Positions 37,447 through 46,266 of a stretch of DNA of 64,000 bases are shown here, in pieces. Numbering within the stretch: the stretch's first letter is position 1; the number at the start of each line of letters is the position of its first letter. The translations under genes and the position numbers were made by a program. Below the pieces are notes generated by a model. The model did not search any database and was not told the origin of the DNA. It saw only the letters and a program-made list of their open reading frames with translations. This DNA is from Pseudomonadota bacterium (GTDB lineage: Bacteria; Pseudomonadota; Alphaproteobacteria; Sphingomonadales; Sphingomonadaceae): contig JBCDIZ010000005.1 in the NCBI GenBank assembly GCA_038748365.1, positions 36,092 through 100,091 on the forward strand. Reading direction: 5' to 3'.

Positions 37447-39144
37447 ATGTCCCTCTCTGTAGTTGAAGAAGAAGTCCGGCGATTCCTATCAGACCCATCG
37501 CCAGAAGTGCTTTGTATTAAAGGCAAATGGGGGGTTGGCAAAACCTTCGGCTGGAGAACATTCTTGCGTAAAGCGCGAGACGATCAGAAACTCGCGCTAG
37601 ATCGATACGCCTATGTCTCCCTTTTCGGTCTGAACTCTTACGAGGAGCTGCGATATGCACTCTTCGAACGAACGGTATCTGGAAAGGATATTGGCGAAGA
37701 CCCGACACCTTCCACCCTAAAATCAGTGATCAAAGATCGCGACATATGGAGGAAATTCAAACCTGTTGCAGAAGCCGCAGCAAGAATTTTCAACATGAAC
37801 AGTGTAACAGATGCTCTCGCTAAAGGGGCAACACTCTTTGTTCGAGAGCAGCTTGTCTGCCTCGATGACTTGGAGAGAGCCGGAGAAGGCCTTCGCACAC
37901 GAGAGATCATGGGTTTAGCATCGCTTTTGAAAGAGGAGCGCAAATGCAAGGTTGTGCTTTTGTTAAACGATGAAGAACACAACGATAAAGATGAGTTCGA
38001 TGCTCAACTCGAAAAGGTAGCGGATGTCACTTTGACATTTGCGCCAACCGCTATCGAAGCGGCTAATATTGCACTCGATCATAGCGCCCCATTTGCGGAT
38101 ATGATTAGGCCTAGGATTGAGCAGCTAGGCATTACCAATATCCGCGTCATAAGGAAGATCGAACGACTTGCTGATCGATTGGGCAATCTTTTGACGGACT
38201 ATGATCACGCTATAGTAAATGACTCTATCGCGACTTTGGTGCTGGCAAGTTGGTCTGTTCAACAACCGAAACTTGCACCGTCAGTCGACATAATGCGTCG
38301 ATACAATACACTGGCAATGGCTATTAAATCAGATGAAGAGACTGTTGATCCTGAACTCAAGCGCTTCAAAGAGATAATATCTGACTACCCGTTCAATTAT
38401 GCCAATGACCTCGACAAAGCGGTGATAGATGGCGCTGAGGCTGGGTACTTTGTAGAGGCAGAGATCAAAAAAGCTGCAACAGAAGTCGAAGCCTTTCTTA
38501 AGGCCAACACGCGTAACAGCGCGCTTAGTCAAGCTTGGGAAAAACTTTACCACGGATCACTTGCAACAGAAGATGATGAGTTCTTAGATGCTGTGCATGC
38601 TGGCGCTATCAAGGACGCCGCTTTCGTAACACCCGTTAACCTCAATAGTGCGATTTATATCTTGCGCGTTTGTGGAAGAGAGCAGCAAGCGTTAGAAGTG
38701 CTCTCAGCCTATATGGAAGCCCATAAAGATGAATTGCCTGAGTTCTTTGACTTGTCGCCCCATTTTTTGGGTGAAGGTGATGTCGAAGAGATACTGGTCG
38801 AAGCCTTCGCAAACGCCCGTGCAAATTATGTTGACCCGCGCGATCCTTTTGAAGTTCTAAAGCATATGGGCGAAAAAAGGGGCTGGGATAGGCGTGATGC
38901 TATGTTGATGGCAAAGCAAAGCGTCGATGATTTTGAAAGCATGTTTGAAGCTTTGGAAGGCGACCAGATTAGAAATTCGATCGAAATCCTGCAATCGCTT
39001 GGACGTTCTCAACAAGAGGGAAGCGAGGAAGTCGAAAAGTCAACAACCGAAGCCTTGAGGCGGATTGCAGTGAAGTCATCGTTACGCGCACGCAAAGTTG
39101 CAAGGTTTGGAGTGACCCTCGATGAAGAGAATTACGGTGAATAA
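37447..39144 (+). CDS. KAP-family-like P-loop NTPase with unknown C-terminal domain
   Basis: Walker A GKWGVGKT, YVSLFG, Walker B VCLDDLER, EKV. ATG 37447 after AAGGAG. Visibly AT-richer than the flanks. Confidence 0.75.
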   Translation: MSLSVVEEEVRRFLSDPSPEVLCIKGKWGVGKTFGWRTFLRKARDDQKLALDRYAYVSLFGLNSYEELRYALFERTVSGKDIGEDPTPSTLKSVIKDRDIWRKFKPVAEAAARIFNMNSVTDALAKGATLFVREQLVCLDDLERAGEGLRTREIMGLASLLKEERKCKVVLLLNDEEHNDKDEFDAQLEKVADVTLTFAPTAIEAANIALDHSAPFADMIRPRIEQLGITNIRVIRKIERLADRLGNLLTDYDHAIVNDSIATLVLASWSVQQPKLAPSVDIMRRYNTLAMAIKSDEETVDPELKRFKEIISDYPFNYANDLDKAVIDGAEAGYFVEAEIKKAATEVEAFLKANTRNSALSQAWEKLYHGSLATEDDEFLDAVHAGAIKDAAFVTPVNLNSAIYILRVCGREQQALEVLSAYMEAHKDELPEFFDLSPHFLGEGDVEEILVEAFANARANYVDPRDPFEVLKHMGEKRGWDRRDAMLMAKQSVDDFESMFEALEGDQIRNSIEILQSLGRSQQEGSEEVEKSTTEALRRIAVKSSLRARKVARFGVTLDEENYGE

Positions 39145-39172
39145 CGCTGACAGCTCAGCGAATCCCCAACCC

Positions 39173-40414
39173 CTACTCCTCCAAACAACCCGGCACATTC
39201 AAATCAAAAACATATGCAGCACCGGTATTACCTGGCTTGGTGACGATAAAGCCGGGCGCGCCGACGGCGATGTGGTTTTCGTTCATCGCAAGGCCCCATC
39301 CGAATACGTCTTCGCCCGCACTCTCTGACGAAACCAGCTTGCGGGTGACAAGCCAGTCTTTCCCCTTTTTCTGATAAAGATAAACCGCACCGGCATCGGT
39401 AACTCTGGCATCATGCAAAATTGATCCCACTGCCAGCGTGTCGCCAGAAATGGCAACGCGCGTTCCAAATCTGTCATTGGCTGCGCCGTCAGGTGGAGTC
39501 AGCTTGGCTTCCTGCTGCCATTCCCTGTCGGTTCGTCTGAATAGATAGGTAGCACCGGCATTCTCTGCGCGTTGGTTATCCCGGGCCGCGCCTATCAGCG
39601 CGAGGTCTCCATGAAGGTGGACGCGAATGCCAAATAAATCGCCCGCGGCCGCATCACTCGCGGTTAATTTGGTTTTGAACTGCCAATCGCCGGCTTCACG
39701 GTGGAAGATATAGGCTGAGCCGGCATTTTCTCCCCCTTGGTCCGTCAAATCCGCACCGACAAGCAACCGGCCATCAGAGAGGGAGAGGCTGATACCAAAG
39801 ACATCACCCGCCGCGCCGTCAGGGGCTGAAAGGACAGCCGTCTGGTTCCACTGCCCGTTGGTATTTTCAAAAATATACACCACGCCAGCATCGTCAGCAA
39901 CGCTATCATTTCTGGGGGCACCAATCGCAACTGTGTCGTCATCTATTGCGATGCTGTATCCGAACTCATCACCTGTCGCAGCATTTGCGGCGGTCAGCTT
40001 AGTTAGCTGCTGCCAATCCGACCCGCGCCGTGCAAAAAGATAGACGGCGCCAGCGTCCTCTTCTGCCGCATCGTGTCGCCGGGCACCGATAACCGCTATG
40101 TCCGCGCCTATTGCAACGGCACCGCCAAAATTATCGCCAGCGGCGCCATCCGCTGCACTGAGCACCGCTTCGCTGAGCCAGTTGTCCCCCTTTTTTACAA
40201 AAACGGTTGCATATTCCGACAGGCCCTCGCTGGCACTTCCTTGCGCACCTACGAGCAGCCTGTCATCTGAAAAGGCGACGCTGAAGCCGAAGAAATCGTT
40301 GGGCTTTGGCTCAACTCCTGTCAGTCTTTGACCTTCGGTTTGTTGGCATATCGCTTGTCCTGATGGAACCAGAGGACTGGGAAGCATAAGCAACATGCTC
40401 AACCATACAGACAC
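39173..40414 (-). CDS. Secreted FG-GAP repeat (integrin-alpha-like beta-propeller) protein
   Basis: Signal peptide and about seven repeats of D-x-FG-x-x-V-A-I-x-GD...VGA...GAVY. Confidence 0.85.
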   Translation of the reverse strand: MSVWLSMLLMLPSPLVPSGQAICQQTEGQRLTGVEPKPNDFFGFSVAFSDDRLLVGAQGSASEGLSEYATVFVKKGDNWLSEAVLSAADGAAGDNFGGAVAIGADIAVIGARRHDAAEEDAGAVYLFARRGSDWQQLTKLTAANAATGDEFGYSIAIDDDTVAIGAPRNDSVADDAGVVYIFENTNGQWNQTAVLSAPDGAAGDVFGISLSLSDGRLLVGADLTDQGGENAGSAYIFHREAGDWQFKTKLTASDAAAGDLFGIRVHLHGDLALIGAARDNQRAENAGATYLFRRTDREWQQEAKLTPPDGAANDRFGTRVAISGDTLAVGSILHDARVTDAGAVYLYQKKGKDWLVTRKLVSSESAGEDVFGWGLAMNENHIAVGAPGFIVTKPGNTGAAYVFDLNVPGCLEE

Positions 40415-40528
40415 TATTTTCTCTCGCTTCTCATAATTGTGAAATGGGCAATTTAGGCCATGGCCTCATCAAAACCCTTGCGCGGAAAACCTTGAAATCA
40501 TCCATACGCGCCAGCACCAAAAATATCA

Positions 40529-41392
40529 TCAGGCTGCCAGCAATGTGTCCAGCATAGCAACAAGCTCTTGCTGTGTCTTCGGGTTTGCGGCGAGGGCGGG
40601 TATCGTCTTTTGCTTGCGGTTGGCGACATAAATTCCGCTGCGTCCATCAAAGGCTAGTGCATCGGCGCTGTCCACGACTTTTTGTGCCTGCTTGTCCGCC
40701 GGGCTGAATAGAAACGGTGCCAGCCATGCCAGTATCTTTGGCATTCCCGAAGTGTTGTTGGTCGTCATCGGGGTTTTGGTCGCGCCGGGATCGATGGCGC
40801 GGATCAGAATATTGTCCGACTGTAAATCCTCGGCAAGGGCGGCGGACAAAGCGGTTACCGCCAATTTGGTCTGGGCATAGGTGGTCATAAGACCGCCGAC
40901 AATGTCCGGATTGGCGAGATTTTCCAGGTCGAGCTTCTTGGTTGAATCTATCACACCTGATGAAAGGTTGACGATCATCGCCGCGGGCTCACCCGTTGGC
41001 CGCGCCATCTTTGCACGCAGGCCCTTGATCAGCTGATAGGGTGCCAAGGTGTTTACGGCGAATTGGGACTCATAGCCCTGTGCGCTGAGCACCTTTTCCG
41101 CAGTCAGGATGCCGGAATTGTTATACAGCGCGTCTATTCTGCCGGGGAGCGCAACGATGCTGGCGGCAGCAGCAGTGATCTGCGCTATATCCATCAAATC
41201 GGCTGTGACCAGTTCGATGGTTAATTCCGGATGCGCGGCCAATATCTCCGAACGCTGGGCGTTGGCTTTTGCTTCGGAGCGATTGACCAAAATCATCGCA
41301 TCACCGCGCTTGGCAAGTATCTTCACAATTTCGCTGCCTATTCCCCCGGTAGACCCTGTGATGACGGTCCAGTTTGCATTGGTCTGTGTCAT
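40529..41392 (-). CDS. Short-chain dehydrogenase/reductase
   Basis: TGSTGGIG, NNSG, NLSS, YAQTK. Confidence 0.88.
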   Translation of the reverse strand: MTQTNANWTVITGSTGGIGSEIVKILAKRGDAMILVNRSEAKANAQRSEILAAHPELTIELVTADLMDIAQITAAAASIVALPGRIDALYNNSGILTAEKVLSAQGYESQFAVNTLAPYQLIKGLRAKMARPTGEPAAMIVNLSSGVIDSTKKLDLENLANPDIVGGLMTTYAQTKLAVTALSAALAEDLQSDNILIRAIDPGATKTPMTTNNTSGMPKILAWLAPFLFSPADKQAQKVVDSADALAFDGRSGIYVANRKQKTIPALAANPKTQQELVAMLDTLLAA

Positions 41393-41468
41393 TTGTTAAT
41401 TTCCATTGAATGTTTCATGATGAATATACTTATAGTGTATATATTCACGATATCAAAGCGAAATAGCC

Positions 41469-41888
41469 ATGCTTTCTCCGGCTGATACAATTTGCCAGTT
41501 TATCCCACCCTTTTTACGGTTTTTGCGCGATATTCTGGCCGAACTGAATATGTCTCCAGCGCGGTTTCAGATTCTGCAGGCCCTAAAACAGGGCGGGGCG
41601 CTTTCGATGGTGGAGGTTGCGGACCGTCTTTCGGTGACCAAGCGCAATATAACAACACTGGTCGATGGCCTGGAAAAGGAGGGTCTGGCGGTTCGTCGCC
41701 CGCACCCGACCGACAGACGCTCGACGCTTGTGGAACTGACCAGTGCAGGCGAGGCGCTGTTTACCAAAGCGGCGGCGCTTCAAAAGGAGCATCTTGAAGA
41801 GCTATTGGCCAATTTGGAGCCATCCCGGCAAAAGGATATGGCTCAAGCCCTTACAGATCTTACCAATACGCTCATGACAAAAGCATAA
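41469..41888 (+). CDS. MarR family regulator (divergent from SDR)
   Basis: TTLVDGLEKEGL, HPTDRRS winged-helix motifs. Confidence 0.88.
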   Translation: MLSPADTICQFIPPFLRFLRDILAELNMSPARFQILQALKQGGALSMVEVADRLSVTKRNITTLVDGLEKEGLAVRRPHPTDRRSTLVELTSAGEALFTKAAALQKEHLEELLANLEPSRQKDMAQALTDLTNTLMTKA

Positions 41889-41993
41889 TCTAACCCGGTC
41901 AGATATGGCTTCGATGAATGGAGGATGTGTGTCTGGTTCGGCGCTTTTCGGGTTGTCTGCAACCCTACCCATATTCAAAACCGGTTCACCAAC

Positions 41994-42017
41994 TTGACGA
42001 ATGTTACAAGATAACAT
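41994..42017 (+). promoter_or_regulatory. Promoter -35 (TTGACG) followed by a Zur/Fur-like palindrome
   Basis: TTGACG at 41994-41999. ATGTTAC-AAG-ATAACAT at 42001-42017 is a 7-3-7 palindrome with one mismatch. Confidence 0.5.
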
Positions 42018-42142
42018 AGCCGGACGTGATCATATAGTTTCTGTCCTAACGGCCGTTCTTCGACCTGTTCATTTGCAATGATCAAGGATTACCCCTCGGA
42101 AACTGAAAGCCATATTCGACCCATCAGGACAAAGCAGAAACC

Positions 42143-43210
42143 ATGGACACATACCCTGTTGTTATTATTGGCGCTGGACCGGCCGGAATCGGCATTGGGG
42201 CGCTGCTTTCACAATGTGCGGTACCGGCGCTGATATTGGAACGCGGCCGTATCGGAGAAAGCATGAAGCGCTGGCCGAAGGAAACGCGTTTTATCTCGCC
42301 ATCCTTTACCGGCAACTTTTTTGGTGCGGTTGATCTGAATGCGATTACGCCCGACAGCTCGCCCGCCTTCGGGATGCAGACAGAGCATCCATCGGGCGTG
42401 CAATATATGGACTATCTTGAAGATGTCGCCGATATCCACAAGCTGGATATTGAAGAGGGCGTCGAGGTTCTCGACTTTGAGGTCCAGGATAATGGCATGA
42501 TACTGCTCACCACAAGCGAGGGCGATGTGCAATGCCATGCGCTGATCTGGGCCGGGGGAGAATTTCAATATAAGAAAACCATACCGCACACGATACGCGT
42601 CGGCGAATCCTACAAGGCTCTGCCCCAAGGGCATCATGTCATTATCGGCGGCGCGGAAAGCGGCATGGAGACGGCATATAATCTGGTGAAAAACGGCTCT
42701 ACGGTAAGTGTCGTCGATCCGTCAGCGCCCTGGGCCACACGGGTTAGCGATTCCAGCTATGGCCTCAGCCCATTCACATTTTCGCGTGTGCGCTTTCTGG
42801 AAAAGAGCGAAAAAGCAGAGTTTATTCCGGAAGCTGCTGAAGAGATCACCGACAAAACGGTGCGGACGCAAAGCCGTGTTCTCAACCTTGAGCATCCGGC
42901 GATCGACGCCACCGGCTTTGACATACAGCAAAGCTTGGCCGGAAAGCTGTTCGACTTCAAAGATGGCCATCCCGCTTTGACCGAACATGATGAGAGCACG
43001 ATCCACAAAAATGTCTATCTCGTTGGCCCTAATGTTCAGCACGACAAGGCGATATTCTGCTTCATCTACAAATATCGCCAGCGCTTTGCTGTGATTGTGA
43101 ACGAGATGCTGCGCCGCTGGGAAACGCAGAGTCCGATGATTGCCGACTATGCCGCCAAGGGCTTTTTCCTCGATGATCTGAGCTGTTGCGACGGGGAATG
43201 CGAATGCTGA
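42143..43210 (+). CDS. NAD(P)/FAD-dependent oxidoreductase with C-terminal CCxxxCxC
   Basis: IIGAGPAGIG, EHPSG..Y, WAGGEF, IIGGAESG, FCFIYKYRQRF, tail DDLSCCDGECEC. Confidence 0.85.
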   Translation: MDTYPVVIIGAGPAGIGIGALLSQCAVPALILERGRIGESMKRWPKETRFISPSFTGNFFGAVDLNAITPDSSPAFGMQTEHPSGVQYMDYLEDVADIHKLDIEEGVEVLDFEVQDNGMILLTTSEGDVQCHALIWAGGEFQYKKTIPHTIRVGESYKALPQGHHVIIGGAESGMETAYNLVKNGSTVSVVDPSAPWATRVSDSSYGLSPFTFSRVRFLEKSEKAEFIPEAAEEITDKTVRTQSRVLNLEHPAIDATGFDIQQSLAGKLFDFKDGHPALTEHDESTIHKNVYLVGPNVQHDKAIFCFIYKYRQRFAVIVNEMLRRWETQSPMIADYAAKGFFLDDLSCCDGECEC

Positions 43211-44232
43211 GCGGGGCATTGCAAAAGGCGGCCGATTTCATGTTCGGCTCGGGTACGGCCTTTGTGCTGATCGGCGCTATAATCGGGGGTTCGCTTATCG
43301 GAATCGCGCTGCCCGGGGCAGGCGACATGCTCTCCGGCCAGATTGATTATACCATCTTGCTGCTGGTCTTCCTGTTGCTGTTTGAAGTGCGGGTGCAGAA
43401 TGTGCTGTCCAGCCTCAACCGCATACCGTTTCTCGCTGCTACCCTGATTGCCAATTTTATCATCATCCCGGCGCTCGGTTTTGGCCTTGCCTCGGCTTTT
43501 ATGTTCGCGCATCCGCTGTTTTTTATCGGCCTTGTTATCTATTTCATGGCGCCGTGCACCGACTGGTTTTTAGGCTTCACCCGGCTGGCAAAGGGCAACA
43601 CGGCTTTGGGCGCGGCGCTTTTGCCGATCAATATGATCGTCCAGCTTCTGCTCTATCCGGTCTATCTGCACCTATTCGGCATAGACGCGATAGAAACCGG
43701 CGCAGGCGATATCGCGCAAACGCTGTGGCAATGGTTTCTGGTTCCGCTTCTCGCGGCACTGATCCTGCGCTTTGTTGCGGAACGGATCTTGCGCGAAGAT
43801 CAAATGCAATTCGTGCAAAATCTGGTGGCGCTGATTGTTCCGCTTTTATTGGCGCTTCTCGTTGGGCAGATATTTGCTGCCAATATTGGCACCTTAATCT
43901 CCAATATCGCGATTTTCCCGCTGATCCTCTGTGCCATCTTTCTGTTCTTTGTCCTGACTTTCTTGCTAAGCGAAGCGATCGCGAAAATCATGAAGCTGAG
44001 CTATGAAGACCGCGTATTGATGACAATGACCACCGCAGCACGCAATGCGCCGCTCATGCTGGCTGTCACCATGGTGGTCATTCCTGACCAGCCGGTTGTT
44101 TATGCCGCGATCATTATCGGCATGCTGGTCGAGTTTCCGCATCTGGTGGCTTTGAAAGTGATTCTGGAACGCCGCCGTGCTTTGGGTGAAGAAGGGGTGA
44201 CGGAGCCACATAGGAATCCTCTGGCCAGATAA
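43204..44232 (+). CDS. Acr3/SBF (BART superfamily) transporter
   Basis: About 10 TM helices, APCTDW..FT.LAKGN, ARNAPL, GMLVEFP. ATG 43204 overlaps the upstream stop. Confidence 0.8.
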   Translation: MLSGALQKAADFMFGSGTAFVLIGAIIGGSLIGIALPGAGDMLSGQIDYTILLLVFLLLFEVRVQNVLSSLNRIPFLAATLIANFIIIPALGFGLASAFMFAHPLFFIGLVIYFMAPCTDWFLGFTRLAKGNTALGAALLPINMIVQLLLYPVYLHLFGIDAIETGAGDIAQTLWQWFLVPLLAALILRFVAERILREDQMQFVQNLVALIVPLLLALLVGQIFAANIGTLISNIAIFPLILCAIFLFFVLTFLLSEAIAKIMKLSYEDRVLMTMTTAARNAPLMLAVTMVVIPDQPVVYAAIIIGMLVEFPHLVALKVILERRRALGEEGVTEPHRNPLAR

Positions 44233-44345
44233 ACACAGCCCTGACCGATCACCTGATTATAGTGACGGCTGTTAAACATAGGACTTATGAGATCTCCAAT
44301 ATCGCTTGATCGCCAAGTAGTTGTCCCCGGCAAATTACAAATTAT

Positions 44346-45188
44346 TTATATTTTGTCCGCGATAATCGCAAATTCGGGGTACTGATCAGAGAATGCCTGA
44401 CCGGTTGCGTCTTGATAGATTTGCTGCACTGAAAAACCATTAGTCTGAAGCTCTTCCGTCAGCCTCTCTGGGCTAAAATATTGCAGCCAGTTATAGACCG
44501 TTTCCTCGCCGCCGCTTTCCGGGAAGATGCTGTATTTATCCAGCACTACGGCTTCGTCCTTATAGGTGAAGCTATTGACGAAACAGTAATAGTCCTCTGC
44601 ACACCAGAAGTGGTTGAGCTGGTTCTTTTCATAGAAGCTGGCATCTTCACGCTCGGCAAAGGCCGTCATGGAATAGACATCCAGCAGCAAGGCACCATCG
44701 TCCTTTAGGCACTTGCGGAAGATGCCGAGCAGTTTGCGCCTCTGCTCCGGGCCGAGGGCGCAATAATCGCACATGATCATGGTGATCAGATCAAACTGCT
44801 CCTGTGGCTCATATTCCAGATAGTTTGCATGATTATAGGTGATCTGTTGCTGCGCCTTTTCGGCTTGCTCGCGAGCATAGCGTATCGAGTTTTCCGAAAA
44901 GTCGATGCCAGTCACCGCCGCGCCTGATTGGGCAAGGCGCGACGCATAAAGGCCGGGGCCGCAGCCGAAATCGCAGACGGATTTTCCGGGTTTCAGGTCA
45001 AACTGCTCAATCATCCAGGCTGTCGAGGCATCAATGAAGGCGGCGTTGCGCGATGACATGTCTACGCTCTCATTGAGGTGGAGCGCCAGCATTTGCTGCG
45101 CACGATAGGTATCTGTCCACAGCGCGTTCGCGGTGTAGACTTCAAATGGCTGTGGCTTGCTGTTGATTTCGTTCAGTTTTTCAAACAT
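44346..45188 (-). CDS. Class I SAM-dependent methyltransferase
   Basis: VCDFGCGPGLY, GIDFSENSI, FDLITMI. Confidence 0.85.
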   Translation of the reverse strand: MFEKLNEINSKPQPFEVYTANALWTDTYRAQQMLALHLNESVDMSSRNAAFIDASTAWMIEQFDLKPGKSVCDFGCGPGLYASRLAQSGAAVTGIDFSENSIRYAREQAEKAQQQITYNHANYLEYEPQEQFDLITMIMCDYCALGPEQRRKLLGIFRKCLKDDGALLLDVYSMTAFAEREDASFYEKNQLNHFWCAEDYYCFVNSFTYKDEAVVLDKYSIFPESGGEETVYNWLQYFSPERLTEELQTNGFSVQQIYQDATGQAFSDQYPEFAIIADKI

Positions 45189-45358
45189 TGATCATGTCTA
45201 CACAATATAGTCTTTTTATTATATTTGCTTTTAACCATAAAAAATCGTGGATTGTTGGTTAAGGCGTTTGTGGCTTCACAGCAGTTACGGCATAATCATG
45301 CTATTCGGTAGCGATATTCGCGGCCACAACCCTCGATGAGGAAGGATCATCAGAAACC

Positions 45359-46150
45359 GTGAGTGCGCCAACCCGTTTTCCGCGATTCTTTGTGACGCAT
45401 CCGTCGCCTTGCCCCTATTTGCCGGGGCGGACCGAGCGCAAGGTGTTTACCGAGCTGTCGGGCGAGCATGCCAGTGAGTTGAATGATGCACTGTCGCGGA
45501 TCGGCTTCCGGCGCAGTCAGAATGTGGCGTATCGGCCGAGTTGTATGGACTGTAAGGCTTGCGTCTCGGTGCGGGTGGTGGCGGAAGAATTTGCGCCGAG
45601 CCGGACTCAGCGCCGCATTGCCCGGGCCAATGGCGATCTGGTGGCGCGGGTGTGCCGCCCTTGGGCGACCGAGGAACAATATAGCCTGCTCAAATCCTAT
45701 CTTGCCGTGCGTCACCCGGATGGCGGCATGGTCGATATGGATGAGTCCGACTATGCCGATATGGTCGAGCAATCACCGGTGCGCAGCCATATCATCGAGT
45801 ATCGCGAGCCTGCCGATGAGCATGGTCAGGAGGGGCGGCTGGTCGGTGCCTGTCTAACCGATGTGCAGGGCGATGGCCTGTCTATGGTCTACAGCTTTTT
45901 TGATCCCAATCACCCGACACGGCAGGGGCTGGGCAATTACATCATCCTTGAGCATATAGAACGCGCCCGGCGTGAGCATCTGCCCTATGTCTATCTCGGC
46001 TATTGGGTGAACGGTTCGCCGCGTATGGCCTATAAGACACGCTATAAGCCGCTTGAACGGCTGGGCCCCAATGGCTGGTATCGTGCTGATATCGATGCAT
46101 CGGCCACTATGCCCGCCAGCGCGGCAGATTCGACGCCGGATGGTGCGTAA
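45359..46150 (+). CDS. bpt: Arginyl-tRNA-protein transferase family (bacterial Bpt/ATE1-like)
   Basis: PCPYLP, GFRRSQ...[29 protein letters not shown]. Confidence 0.92.
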   Translation: MSAPTRFPRFFVTHPSPCPYLPGRTERKVFTELSGEHASELNDALSRIGFRRSQNVAYRPSCMDCKACVSVRVVAEEFAPSRTQRRIARANGDLVARVCRPWATEEQYSLLKSYLAVRHPDGGMVDMDESDYADMVEQSPVRSHIIEYREPADEHGQEGRLVGACLTDVQGDGLSMVYSFFDPNHPTRQGLGNYIILEHIERARREHLPYVYLGYWVNGSPRMAYKTRYKPLERLGPNGWYRADIDASATMPASAADSTPDGA

Positions 46151-46266
46151 AATCTGCTATGATACAAATATCCCCATTGCTCCGGTGACAAAGGGCGTGA
46201 TAGGCGCCGTTACGTTTTCTTGGCAGGCTGCAAAACTTCCCGAATAAGGGGCTTTGGGAAGCATGA

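Noticed and set aside
37400-45270. TTAAGG at both ends of the accessory block as att-like direct repeats
   Set aside because: Only 6 bp match, expected by chance, and no recombinase in the window.
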